From contig JANQNK010000020.1 in NCBI GenBank assembly GCA_028279595.1, positions 128,001 through 192,000 on the forward strand: a DNA stretch of 64,000 nt. The letters run 5' to 3'. The DNA comes from Thermoplasmatota archaeon (GTDB lineage Archaea > Thermoplasmatota > JAKEGO01). The first letter of the stretch is position 1, and each line of letters begins with the position of its first letter. The translations under genes were made by a program, and so were the position numbers. A model generated the notes under the pieces. The model searched no databases and was not told the origin of the DNA. It saw only the letters and a list, made by a program, of their open reading frames with translations. Below are positions 9,220 through 18,230 of the stretch, in pieces.

Positions 9220-9963
9220 TCAATCGGCGTCCTCGGATCCCTCGATCCATTTCCCCTCGCTGTCGATCTTCCCTTCCTCTTTCAGGGAGGCGATGTGGGC
9301 TCCATAGTCCTCCTCGTTGTCGAAACAGAGCGCCGGTGCTACCAGTCCGCAGTTCCTGCAGACGATCTGCCCGGAGACGTCGAAGACGCCTGGGACACCT
9401 CCCTCTGCAATGCTCGCCATTCCGAGGTCCCTGCTCCCGCATCGGACGCAAGCGTCGATATCGTCATACATCGAGACATCGTCGTCCTCGGTCGCGGAAT
9501 CGATCCTGTCGTAGACGTCATCGTCGGAATCGAGGGCCCTGTCCTCCGCAACGGCCTGCTCCTGACCGTGGGCAGACCTGTATCCGTCGATGGCCTCCCT
9601 CAGGTCCAGGAGCACCTTCTTCCTTCCCGTGATCAGATATGTCCTGTCCTCGGTCTCGATGTCAAGGGCCCATATCAGGACCGTGTGATAGCCGATGATC
9701 AGGCCGAGTCCGAAGATGTTGCTCAAAACGGCCAAGAGGATGTGGACCTGGAACATGACGTTCAGACCGAGAAGTATCCACGGTATCAGGATGAACAGGA
9801 CGCCTATCCGGATCGCGTTCTCGGGAAGCCTGTTGACCCTCGTGTAGAGGACTGACGTGACCTTGTCGAGCCTGACCCTGACGACGTTATCACCCTTCCT
9901 CGCTGTCAGGGTACTGCCCTTCACCCTTGTCCCGTATCCCCTGAGCTCTATCCTTTCCGTCAT
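9220..9963 (-). CDS. Hypothetical membrane protein (2 TM) with C-terminal Zn ribbon
   Basis: Two hydrophobic helices; CVRC...CRNC. Confidence 0.75.
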   Translation of the reverse strand: MTERIELRGYGTRVKGSTLTARKGDNVVRVRLDKVTSVLYTRVNRLPENAIRIGVLFILIPWILLGLNVMFQVHILLAVLSNIFGLGLIIGYHTVLIWALDIETEDRTYLITGRKKVLLDLREAIDGYRSAHGQEQAVAEDRALDSDDDVYDRIDSATEDDDVSMYDDIDACVRCGSRDLGMASIAEGGVPGVFDVSGQIVCRNCGLVAPALCFDNEEDYGAHIASLKEEGKIDSEGKWIEGSEDAD

Positions 9964-10011
9964 GGTGTCCAGCACCTATGTTCGTCTCGGTAAGTGATAA
10001 GGATATCGCCT

Positions 10012-10545
10012 TTAATGGATGTTCCCATCGAGCCAATCCCGATCTGCCCTGTAGATGACGAGTTCGCGGTCATAGTACTCCTCGGTCATTCCCTCGGACC
10101 TCAGCCCGAGCTTCTCCATGACCCTTATCGAAGCGTGATTTCCCGCATTCGCCAGTGCGATCACCGAGGCAAGGCCGAGCTCTTCGAGGCCGAAGACCAG
10201 CCAGGCTCTGGCGGCCTCTGTCGCGTACCCTTGACGCGTGAACTCCTTTGAGATGGTCCATACGACCTCCACCACTTCCTCGTTATCGGGTATCACCGCG
10301 AGGCCGACCGACCCTATGAGCTGGCCGGTCTCCCTGACGATGACCGCTGCGCGTGTGAATCCCCGCTTCTGCCACGACTCGGTCCTCTTCAATATACCCT
10401 CTCGAATGGTCGCCACGTCAGGGACCTCCTCGACGTTGTGCCCTTCCATGATCTCGGGTTGCAGTACGATCTTGAGATACTCCTCCGCGTCGTCATCGGT
10501 GAACAACCGCAGGGTCAGCCGTTCGGTCTCCATGGGCAATGTCAT
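10012..10545 (-). CDS. GNAT acetyltransferase, RimJ/RimL family
   Basis: ETERLTLR...RQGYATEAA...NHASIRVMEKLG. Confidence 0.9.
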   Translation of the reverse strand: MTLPMETERLTLRLFTDDDAEEYLKIVLQPEIMEGHNVEEVPDVATIREGILKRTESWQKRGFTRAAVIVRETGQLIGSVGLAVIPDNEEVVEVVWTISKEFTRQGYATEAARAWLVFGLEELGLASVIALANAGNHASIRVMEKLGLRSEGMTEEYYDRELVIYRADRDWLDGNIH

Positions 10546-10626
10546 ACAAGGTCCTCAGGCGACCCATGTCATCTGCCGATATCATCGTTTCGTATTCCCT
10601 GGCAGTCGTTTGGCTACGGCCGAAAG

Positions 10627-10694
10627 TTATATATATGTTATAATTATATAACCAAAAGTTACAAAGATAAAACAAAAGGTTAGAAATAACTAAC
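10627..10694 (+). promoter_or_regulatory. TATA box plus three 16-bp GTTA-N8-(T/A)AAC operator-like boxes at 21-bp period
   Basis: CGAAAG-TTATATAT, then GTTATAATTATATAAC (10637), GTTACAAAGATAAAAC (10658), GTTAGAAATAACTAAC (10679). Confidence 0.75.
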
Positions 10695-10728
10695 CTATGG
10701 ATGGGGGACACTCGATATCGGTGGTGTC

Positions 10729-10929
10729 TTGAAGAACCGAATGAAGGAGCTGAGGGCGAGGTACGATATGACACAGGCAGAGCTGGCTGGGATCGTTGGC
10801 GTACGCCGCGAGACCATCGTTCACATGGAGAAGGGAACATACAACCCCTCGCTGAGGCTCGCGCATGCAGTGTCCAAAGCGTTGCACACCTCTGTCGACG
10901 GACTTTTCACGTTCGAGGAGGATATCTAG
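10729..10929 (+). CDS. XRE/Cro-family helix-turn-helix regulator
   Basis: KNRMKELR...MTQAELA...GVRRETI...[12 protein letters not shown]; TTG start with GGTGGTG site. Confidence 0.92.
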   Translation: MKNRMKELRARYDMTQAELAGIVGVRRETIVHMEKGTYNPSLRLAHAVSKALHTSVDGLFTFEEDI

Positions 10930-10944
10930 TTTTGAGTGGACTTG

Positions 10945-11060
10945 AGGGATTTAGGGGAAGGGATGTTTGAAGAAATTTCTTTCAAGCCCCCGATCCCTTC
11001 CCCGCACATCCCTGCGACACGAGGATGAGGACTCGCTCGAGCCCGGGCCACGGCGGGCTC
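10945..11060. repeat. Long inverted repeat plus a second hairpin (intergenic)
   Basis: GGGGAAGGGAT (10954-64) / ATCCCTTCCCC (10993-11003) with inner TTGAA..TTCAA and outer AGGGAT/ATCCCT; GAGCCCG/CGGGCTC at 11039-11060. Confidence 0.7.
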
Positions 11061-11114
11061 AACGCGTCTCTCCAATACCGGTACACTTTTCTGTTGGATA
11101 CCCGTTATCCGACC

Positions 11115-11678
11115 ATGGCCAAGGTCAAGATCAGCACACAGGTCAACCCGTTCCCGATGCCCGTCACCCTCGTGGGATCCCTCGTGGACGGTAAACCGAA
11201 CTTCTTCACGGCTGCCTGGATAAATCGGGGCGATTACACCCCACCCTGCGTTATGGTCGCTATGAACCCGAAGCACCACACGACTCGGGGGGTCAAGGAC
11301 AACGGAACGTTCTCGGTGAACGTCCCGGGCAAGAAACACGTGATCAAGACCGATTACTGCGGCATCAATTCGGGGAAGGACGTTGACAAATCGAAACTCT
11401 TCAACGTCTTCTACGGAAAGACCGAGACCGCGCCCATGATAGAGGGATTCCCCTTGAACCTCGAATGCAAGCTGATGAAGGAGATCGAGATGGGATTCGA
11501 CCACATCTTCATCGGCGAGATCGTCGACGCCTATGCGGAGGAGAGCTTCATCAAGGACGGCAAGATCGACCTCGTATCGATGGAGCCATTCGTCCTCATG
11601 ATGGCGAACGGCAAGTACCATCTCGTCGGGAGGGAGCTCGACGACGCATGGGGTGCCGGCAAGAAGTACAAGGCCTGA
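11115..11678 (+). CDS. Flavin reductase family protein (flavoredoxin-like)
   Basis: PMPVTLVGS...KPNF...FSVNVP...DYCGINSG...APMIEGFPLNLEC...HIFIGEI. Confidence 0.9.
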   Translation: MAKVKISTQVNPFPMPVTLVGSLVDGKPNFFTAAWINRGDYTPPCVMVAMNPKHHTTRGVKDNGTFSVNVPGKKHVIKTDYCGINSGKDVDKSKLFNVFYGKTETAPMIEGFPLNLECKLMKEIEMGFDHIFIGEIVDAYAEESFIKDGKIDLVSMEPFVLMMANGKYHLVGRELDDAWGAGKKYKA

Positions 11679-11819
11679 CGGAACCGGTCCTCATGGTGCG
11701 ATCCCTGGACCTCCCGAAAACCTCGTTATAGCAGGAATTTCCCTGTTGCAGCCTGCATGCAACACCAGGGGATATAAGGCTCGAACACGAAGGAAAGTAC
11801 AACCTGCTGAGATGATAAT

Positions 11820-12017
11820 ATGTCGAAATCCGTGGACCAAGGATCGAATCGGGGCCGTCGTGTAAGCTATCTCGTCGTATCGGCGAGCATCTTCCCGAGC
11901 TACTTCAGGGCCGAGCGCGTCGGCCCGAATGGCGTTGAGGACCTCTACCTCGACATCACCCGGACCCGTCGTATGAAGACCGATTCGCTAATAGTCTACC
12001 GCGAGAAGCGGTCCTGA
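11820..12017 (+). CDS. Small hypothetical protein (65 aa)
   Basis: Fills a 416-bp gap between convergent genes; GATATAAG TATA-like box at 11771; GAGATGA before ATG; host-like codons. Confidence 0.5.
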   Translation: MSKSVDQGSNRGRRVSYLVVSASIFPSYFRAERVGPNGVEDLYLDITRTRRMKTDSLIVYREKRS

Positions 12018-12093
12018 TCACGTTCGATCGAACAACGGGGAGGAGGCTGGTACTTGACCTGGTCCCCCGGCCGTACTCCCCGACCCTTTTTCC

Positions 12094-12744
12094 TCAATAA
12101 CCAGCCAGTATCTCGTCCATCAGTCTGATCTCGGCCTTTCTGAGGTGTTCCACCGCGGTCGCCTTGCTGATACCCAGGCCGTCGGCCAGGTCCTCGGCCT
12201 TGACCCTCCTCGGATATTGATAGTACCCACGCTTCTTGGCGGCGATCATGACCTCCCTCTGCTTCTCCGTGAGGATCGCGAGGTGGTTCCTCCCCTCGAA
12301 GGCGGCCCTGTGGTACGACACAATGATGACCTCGCCTATGAGCTTCAATGCCTCCATCAATTTCCGGATGTCCTCCTCGGTACCTATCGCCGAATAGACG
12401 ATCGACTCGGCCGTTGCCATCATGGGTGTGTCCCAGATGACATCTATCCGGAACTCCTCCATTAGCGGCCTCATGGAATCCTGGACGAATCCGCGGACGA
12501 TGCATGTGTATTCGTTCCCTCGCTGCTCGATGATGCCGATGATCTCGCTGTGTCCGGGTACCTCGATCTCCTCGATCCCGAAGCCCTCCCTCATAGTGAA
12601 CTTGGCGACCGCCACCTTCATGCCGCTCTCGAAGTCGAGCTTCAGGAGTTCCAGACCTTCCATCCTCTCGATCTTCTCGAAGAACGGGTCCATATGCTCC
12701 CTTACCATCTCGTTCGGTCTGAACTCGATCGTGACCTTCCTCAT
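12094..12744 (-). CDS. HTH_10 (bacterio-opsin activator-type HTH) transcription regulator
   Basis: C-terminal LTEKQREVMIAAKKRGYYQYPRRV...LGISKATAVEHLRKAE; probably leaderless from ATG 12744. Confidence 0.9.
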   Translation of the reverse strand: MRKVTIEFRPNEMVREHMDPFFEKIERMEGLELLKLDFESGMKVAVAKFTMREGFGIEEIEVPGHSEIIGIIEQRGNEYTCIVRGFVQDSMRPLMEEFRIDVIWDTPMMATAESIVYSAIGTEEDIRKLMEALKLIGEVIIVSYHRAAFEGRNHLAILTEKQREVMIAAKKRGYYQYPRRVKAEDLADGLGISKATAVEHLRKAEIRLMDEILAGY

Positions 12745-12767
12745 GGTGATGCATGACAAACATCGTT

Positions 12768-12794
12768 ATTATAAATACTGCCGTTCATGAACGG
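12768..12794. promoter_or_regulatory. Bidirectional TATA box and perfect 14-bp palindromic operator
   Basis: TTATAAATA 12769-77; CCGTTCATGAACGG 12781-94, between the divergent HTH_10 and ABC genes. Confidence 0.7.
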
Positions 12795-12848
12795 GACAAT
12801 TACCTTCAACTGCGGAGGACTAGTACCCAACGACGAAGGGGTGTCGAA

Positions 12849-13547
12849 ATGAGCAAGGTCGTATCCATCAAGGGTCTGCACAAGAGCTTCGAGACCGGGG
12901 GAGAGGTCACCAGGGTACTGACCGGCCTCGACCTCGTTGCCGGGAAGGGCGAGATGATCATGATAATGGGCCCCTCCGGGAGCGGGAAGACCACCCTGCT
13001 GAACATGCTCGGCGGGATCGACAGGCCGGAGAAGGGTCGGATCAGGGTCGGCGGCGTCGATATCCTCAAGCTCGACAAGGCCAGCCTGAACGCCTACCGC
13101 CGCGACTCCGTCGGTTTCATCTTCCAGTTCTACAACCTCCTGCCGACGCTGAGCGCCCGGGAGAACGTCGAGCTCGGCATCGAGATGCTCGTCCCTGACA
13201 GGGCCGAACTGACCGAGAGGACCGAGCGCTACCTCGGGCTCGTCGACCTCGCAGACAAGATGGAGAACTTCCCGCAGGAGCTCTCTGCCGGACAGCAGCA
13301 GAGGGTCGCCATCGCAAGGGCTCTCGCCAAGGAGCCCATGATAGTCCTCGCCGACGAGCCGACCGGCAACCTCGACGAGGAGAGGGAGCAGGCGATCATG
13401 GAGCTGATGAAGTCCCTCCAGGACGAGCTTGGCACCACGTTCTTCATAGTATCCCACAACCAGCGTCTGAAGAAGTTCATGGATAGGACCCTTGAACTGC
13501 GGGGTGGAACCCTGGTCGACATGCCCAACGGCGGAGGCGGCCGATGA
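12849..13547 (+). CDS. ABC transporter ATP-binding protein (LolD/MacB-like)
   Basis: GPSGSGKTT Walker A, LSAGQQQRV signature, LADEPTGNLD. Confidence 0.95.
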   Translation: MSKVVSIKGLHKSFETGGEVTRVLTGLDLVAGKGEMIMIMGPSGSGKTTLLNMLGGIDRPEKGRIRVGGVDILKLDKASLNAYRRDSVGFIFQFYNLLPTLSARENVELGIEMLVPDRAELTERTERYLGLVDLADKMENFPQELSAGQQQRVAIARALAKEPMIVLADEPTGNLDEEREQAIMELMKSLQDELGTTFFIVSHNQRLKKFMDRTLELRGGTLVDMPNGGGGR

Positions 13548-15862
13548 GGCCGATCTCCCGGAGCGTCCTGAGGAAGCTCTGGAAGATGAAGTGGCGGACC
13601 GTCGCCATCTCCTCGGTCATCGCCATCGCGATGGCCATGATCGTCACGGGATGGTACGCGGCCGCTGTCCTCGACGAGAGCACCGAGAAGTTCTTCGAGG
13701 ACTACAGGATGGCCGACCTCTTCGTTGAGTTCTCGGACGACCAGGACCCCGGGGACGTTTCAGCGGTCCTCGATGCCTCGGACGACGTGAAGCACTACGA
13801 CCTTCGGCTCGTCCGCGACGGTATCTATGACCCCGAGGACCGGGAGATCAATGCGGTGCTGATCGGGATAGATGAGCCCGCGGACCGCGATGTCATCCGG
13901 TTCCAGAGAAGGGAAGGCAGGTACTTCCGTTCCTCAGGCGAGGCGGTCGCGGTAATCGGGATGGAGGATTACGGCGTCAAGGTCGGATCCACCGTGCCGT
14001 TCGAGGTGGCCGGGGTCACCATAGATCTGAAGATCACCGGCCTGGTATCCAGCCCGGAATACCTATTCACCAGCGCCTACACCGACTACGGCCTCCCCAT
14101 GGCCGGGTCCCTCGTGGTGGTCTACATGCCGCTCTCGGACCTCCAGAACGTTACCGGCGGCGGGGTGAACGACGTCGTCCTGACCCTAGAGAACGGCGGT
14201 TCAGGCGAGAAGGTCGCAGACGACCTCGAACGGTTCGGCACGGATTCGGTCACCAAGCGGTCGGACCACCCGTCGGTCACGATGATGAAGGTCGGTGCAG
14301 AGAAGATGAAGGCGATGTTCCCTCTCCTCGGTGCCATATTCATGCTCATCGGTTTCATCTCGATATTCATGACCATGATGCGTCTGGTCCAGAACGACTC
14401 GAGGTACATCGGCGTCCTGATGTCCCTGGGCTACAGCAAGATGGACATCGCGAGGTCCTGGGTCGTCATGGGCCTGTTCATCTGCCTGATCGGTTCGCTG
14501 ATCGGGATATTCGTCACATTCCTTCTTACAGAGATGATCGTCAGCGTCGGCACTGCCATGTATTACCGTATGGACCTGGTCTATCCGTTCCATCCCGAAC
14601 CATTCCTCATGGGCATCGGTTTCGTGATGGTGGCGGTCCTCGTCTCCGTCATCGTCCCGGTCTACCTCATCACCAGGTCATCGGTCCGCGAGGCCCTGGA
14701 GTACAAGCCCAGAACGAACGTTCACACCTCGAAGCTGGGCACGGGACGGATGTCGAAGGTCACGTTGATGGGATTCAGGAACACCACGAGGAACCCGTGG
14801 AGGATGCTCATCACGGTCCTCGTCGTCGGGATGACCATTGGTGTGGCCGGTTCATGGCTGGTAATGACGGACTCAGCCTTCTCCTACGTGAACGACCAGA
14901 TCGACGCGGACACATGGGACCTCAGCGCGGATTTCAAGGGCCAGGTGGTCGCTGACAACCTCTCTGCCTCCACACTGAACCTGGGCGAGTCCGATGTCGA
15001 GTATGTCATCCCCTACACATCGATGTTCATGAGCGTCGGCGGCAGCGGCAAGAGCGTCGGGGCGACCGTCGTCGGCTGCGACAACATGTCGGCCACCAGG
15101 GACTTCGACATGCGCGACGGGCGCGCGGACTTCGAGGGCGCCGTGCTCACCAACACCCTCGCGGACAAGATCGATGTCAAGACCGGGGACGTAGTTTCCA
15201 TACGAAAGGGGTCCGCAGAGGTAAAGCTCCGGATCACCGGTGTAACATACCACTCGTTCCTCAGCAACATCTATACGGAAAGGAAGAACCTCCAGCTCTT
15301 CTACGATCCCGACAACTGCACCGGAGCCTACGTCAAGCTGACCGATCCCGGCACATCCGACGCCGCGGCCAGGGAGGTGAGGAACGCATCCATCGTCTCC
15401 AGCGTCCTCGTCCACAAGGACATCACGGAGACCCTGAACAGCGTGGTGGACGATGCAAGGGCCTTCCTGTACGTGTTCTTCATCATGAACCTGCTGATCA
15501 CCATCGTGGTGGCCGGGTCCGCGGTCATCCTGGCGACGATGGAAAGGGACGTCGAGTTCGCCACCCTCGACACTCTCGGGATACCCCGGTCGAAGGTAGC
15601 TAGATCCATTATGGCCGAGATGTCCCTCCTCGCCCTGATGTCGTCGGCGATCGGGATCCCGATGTCCTACATGTTCGCAGGTATGCTCGCCGTCGTGATG
15701 TCGGAGGTGATCTTCTACTTCCCGATCATAATAACGATCGGTGCGACGATAACCACCTTCCTCATCGGCGCTGCGTTCGTCATGCTCTCTTCGGCCGTCC
15801 CCATCAGGTATTCCGGGAAATTGGACACCGAGAGGACCATCAGGGAGCGCACCGCCGGATAG
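13544..15862 (+). CDS. ABC transporter permease (FtsX/MacB family, duplicated)
   Basis: Two FtsX-type TM halves (IGVLMSLGYS; ERDVEFATLDTLG); ATGA overlap with the ATPase. Confidence 0.92.
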   Translation: MRPISRSVLRKLWKMKWRTVAISSVIAIAMAMIVTGWYAAAVLDESTEKFFEDYRMADLFVEFSDDQDPGDVSAVLDASDDVKHYDLRLVRDGIYDPEDREINAVLIGIDEPADRDVIRFQRREGRYFRSSGEAVAVIGMEDYGVKVGSTVPFEVAGVTIDLKITGLVSSPEYLFTSAYTDYGLPMAGSLVVVYMPLSDLQNVTGGGVNDVVLTLENGGSGEKVADDLERFGTDSVTKRSDHPSVTMMKVGAEKMKAMFPLLGAIFMLIGFISIFMTMMRLVQNDSRYIGVLMSLGYSKMDIARSWVVMGLFICLIGSLIGIFVTFLLTEMIVSVGTAMYYRMDLVYPFHPEPFLMGIGFVMVAVLVSVIVPVYLITRSSVREALEYKPRTNVHTSKLGTGRMSKVTLMGFRNTTRNPWRMLITVLVVGMTIGVAGSWLVMTDSAFSYVNDQIDADTWDLSADFKGQVVADNLSASTLNLGESDVEYVIPYTSMFMSVGGSGKSVGATVVGCDNMSATRDFDMRDGRADFEGAVLTNTLADKIDVKTGDVVSIRKGSAEVKLRITGVTYHSFLSNIYTERKNLQLFYDPDNCTGAYVKLTDPGTSDAAAREVRNASIVSSVLVHKDITETLNSVVDDARAFLYVFFIMNLLITIVVAGSAVILATMERDVEFATLDTLGIPRSKVARSIMAEMSLLALMSSAIGIPMSYMFAGMLAVVMSEVIFYFPIIITIGATITTFLIGAAFVMLSSAVPIRYSGKLDTERTIRERTAG

Positions 15863-15986
15863 TCCAAACCCCATCGAAACCACCGTTTTCCAGCACCAAA
15901 TGCAGTCTGCACTGTTACATGCAGCATGCAAGTGTTAAATAGGTTATAATGGGATGCAACCGCACAGCTGCCCAGAGGGAAGGACC

Positions 15987-17534
15987 ATGAAAGACCGAAC
16001 GAGATATCTGAGCGCGTTGACCGCCTTCGTGCTGCTGATCGGGATGGCGTCCGTCGGGACGATGGTCACGTCACAGTACGTACAGCCGGGCGGGTCCAAC
16101 GGGACTGCGAGCGGAGAGAACGTAACACTTTCGGGAACGGTGACGGACGGCACTGACGGCATCTCGGGAGCAGAGATAGCACTGTATGGTGGAGATGTAT
16201 TCTACCCCTGCGAAGACGAGAGGAATCTCTGGATGCCCTACTGGTACCATTCGACCAAGACCGCCGAGGACGGCACATTCGAGATCGAACTGCCGAGCGG
16301 TAACTACTCCTTGAACGTCCTTGCGGAAGGGTTCGAGAGCCATTACGATTGGATCGATATATCCGAGGACACTGAGATCGAGATCGAACTCACCGGATAC
16401 ACCGCGGTCATGACCGGCTATGTCGCGTCCACTGACGGCGACGCGATATCCGACGCCTACATATCTGTCTATACAGCGTGGGACTGGCGGGACGAATGCC
16501 GGGACGATCATGACGAGGACTGCTTCCACGAACAGGAACGCTACGACGGAGCCGGTTGTGTCATCTCGGACATAGATTACCAGTATTTCTTCGCATACAC
16601 GGACGACGACGGCCATTACACCCTGTACGGCCTGCCCGGTGAATACGAGGTCTCCGTTTGGGCCTACGGATTCAGCTCACTCTACGACGAAGTGGAGCTG
16701 GTCGAGGGAGAGACCGAGATGGACTTCGTCCTCGAGGATCAGACGGCATACGTCGAGGGCTGGGTCTACGACGAGCAGACCGGAGATCCCATCGAGGGAG
16801 CCCTGGTCACACTCGAGTACTTCCCGGTGTTCATGGAATACGGTCCTGAAAGGTCCGACTACTCCTGGGATGACATCGACATCTGGGACGGAGTGGAGAT
16901 ACTCTTTCACTACACCACCGAGACAGACGACGAGGGTCGGTTCGAGTTCGAGCTCGAGGCTGACGAGATGTGGATGTACGGGTACCTGACCGTCGAGGCG
17001 GAAGATTACAAGCTGTACGAGACCGACCTCTTCATCGAAGAGTACGTTGAGATCGAGGTCCTGCTCGAATCCGACTCAAACGAAGGCGGCAGTGGCTACA
17101 TCACCGAGTATGAATACGAGTACATCGACGAGAACGATGACGGCAATCCGGAGTACATCTACGAGCACAAGGTCGTGTACGAGGGTTACTGGTTGATCTA
17201 CGAGTACGAGTACATCTACGAGGACGCTGACAGCGACGGCAACCCGGAGTACGAGTATGAGTACGAGACGGGAAAGGACATCGATGACGAGGACCCTGTG
17301 AAGGACCGCGACGACGACGTCGACAAGGACGACGTCTTCAAGCCTCTGAAACCCGGTGACAAGGACGCCCCCGAGAGGGAGGTCACCGACCCCGAGGACG
17401 AGGGCGGCGACATCTGGGCCGAGGGCAAGGGAAGCTCCGGAGCCGGAACCGACGTCCACACGAGGGGGATCGCGTTCGTCATGACCATCGCGCTGGTCGG
17501 CGGAGCGTTCCTGCTGCTGATAAGACGCCGGTAG
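15987..17534 (+). CDS. Acidic surface protein: three carboxypeptidase-regulatory/transthyretin-like domains, (EY)n/DxDxDG repeat, C-terminal TM-RRR anchor
   Basis: Three GxVxD...IxGA...TDxDGxF...GxY domains; DENDDGNPE and DADSDGNPE loops; terminal LLLIRRR. Confidence 0.85.
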   Translation: MKDRTRYLSALTAFVLLIGMASVGTMVTSQYVQPGGSNGTASGENVTLSGTVTDGTDGISGAEIALYGGDVFYPCEDERNLWMPYWYHSTKTAEDGTFEIELPSGNYSLNVLAEGFESHYDWIDISEDTEIEIELTGYTAVMTGYVASTDGDAISDAYISVYTAWDWRDECRDDHDEDCFHEQERYDGAGCVISDIDYQYFFAYTDDDGHYTLYGLPGEYEVSVWAYGFSSLYDEVELVEGETEMDFVLEDQTAYVEGWVYDEQTGDPIEGALVTLEYFPVFMEYGPERSDYSWDDIDIWDGVEILFHYTTETDDEGRFEFELEADEMWMYGYLTVEAEDYKLYETDLFIEEYVEIEVLLESDSNEGGSGYITEYEYEYIDENDDGNPEYIYEHKVVYEGYWLIYEYEYIYEDADSDGNPEYEYEYETGKDIDDEDPVKDRDDDVDKDDVFKPLKPGDKDAPEREVTDPEDEGGDIWAEGKGSSGAGTDVHTRGIAFVMTIALVGGAFLLLIRRR

Positions 17535-17548
17535 ACTAGGTGATATGA

Positions 17549-17592
17549 GGGACGCCCGTATGGGACGTCCCACTCCCTTTTTATTACTTTTT
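17549..17592 (+). terminator. Hairpin plus T-tract terminator between convergent genes
   Basis: GGGACG-CCC..GGG-ACGTCCC followed by TTTTTATTACTTTTT. Confidence 0.6.
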
Positions 17593-17594
17593 GC

Positions 17595-18077
17595 TCAACG
17601 GGTTATCGGGAACTGGATCTCGGTTATCCATTCCTCCTCGGGCATGTCCTCTCCCCATTTCACGTAGAGTTCGCGGGGTGCTCCGGTAACCTGAAGGCCA
17701 TTGGCCATGACGTAACCCATAACGGCCTTGTACCTGTCTGTCAGATCGGTATATCCTCCGGTGAACCTCAGGACGACGGCCTCGGTCGGTGCGACATCCT
17801 CGATGCCGGCCTCGCCATCCGTCTTCAGTTCAGTATCGGCGGGAACGGGTACACCGACCTTGAACTTGACCTGGTCCGGGGGCGTCGTGGCTGGATCATC
17901 GTAGTATTCGGCGAGGCCGCTATTGCCGGACATGTCCGGATGGATCCCATTCGCCTCCATCCAGCCCATTAGGTCCATGAAGGCCTTGCCCACCGTCTCG
18001 TGGAAGGGCATCCCCCTGCCCATGTGGCTGGCTATTCGCATTCCATCTACGCTCTTGATGATAATATCTTCATCCAT
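17595..18077 (-). CDS. GyrI-like small-molecule-binding domain protein
   Basis: YYDDP...FTGGYTDL..Y..V..Y...G.PRELY...WITEIQFPI. Confidence 0.9.
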   Translation of the reverse strand: MDEDIIIKSVDGMRIASHMGRGMPFHETVGKAFMDLMGWMEANGIHPDMSGNSGLAEYYDDPATTPPDQVKFKVGVPVPADTELKTDGEAGIEDVAPTEAVVLRFTGGYTDLTDRYKAVMGYVMANGLQVTGAPRELYVKWGEDMPEEEWITEIQFPITR

Positions 18078-18230
18078 CTCTACACCTATTTATCGATTGC
18101 CGAGATGGTATAATAAAGTTCAGTAGAGGGCATGGTGAAACTGCATTTTCAGTAGCATTTTGGATCGTTGCGAAGAACCCGCAATTAGGATTAAGTACGA
18201 CCACCACATTGAAATGCCGGGAGATCGCAG

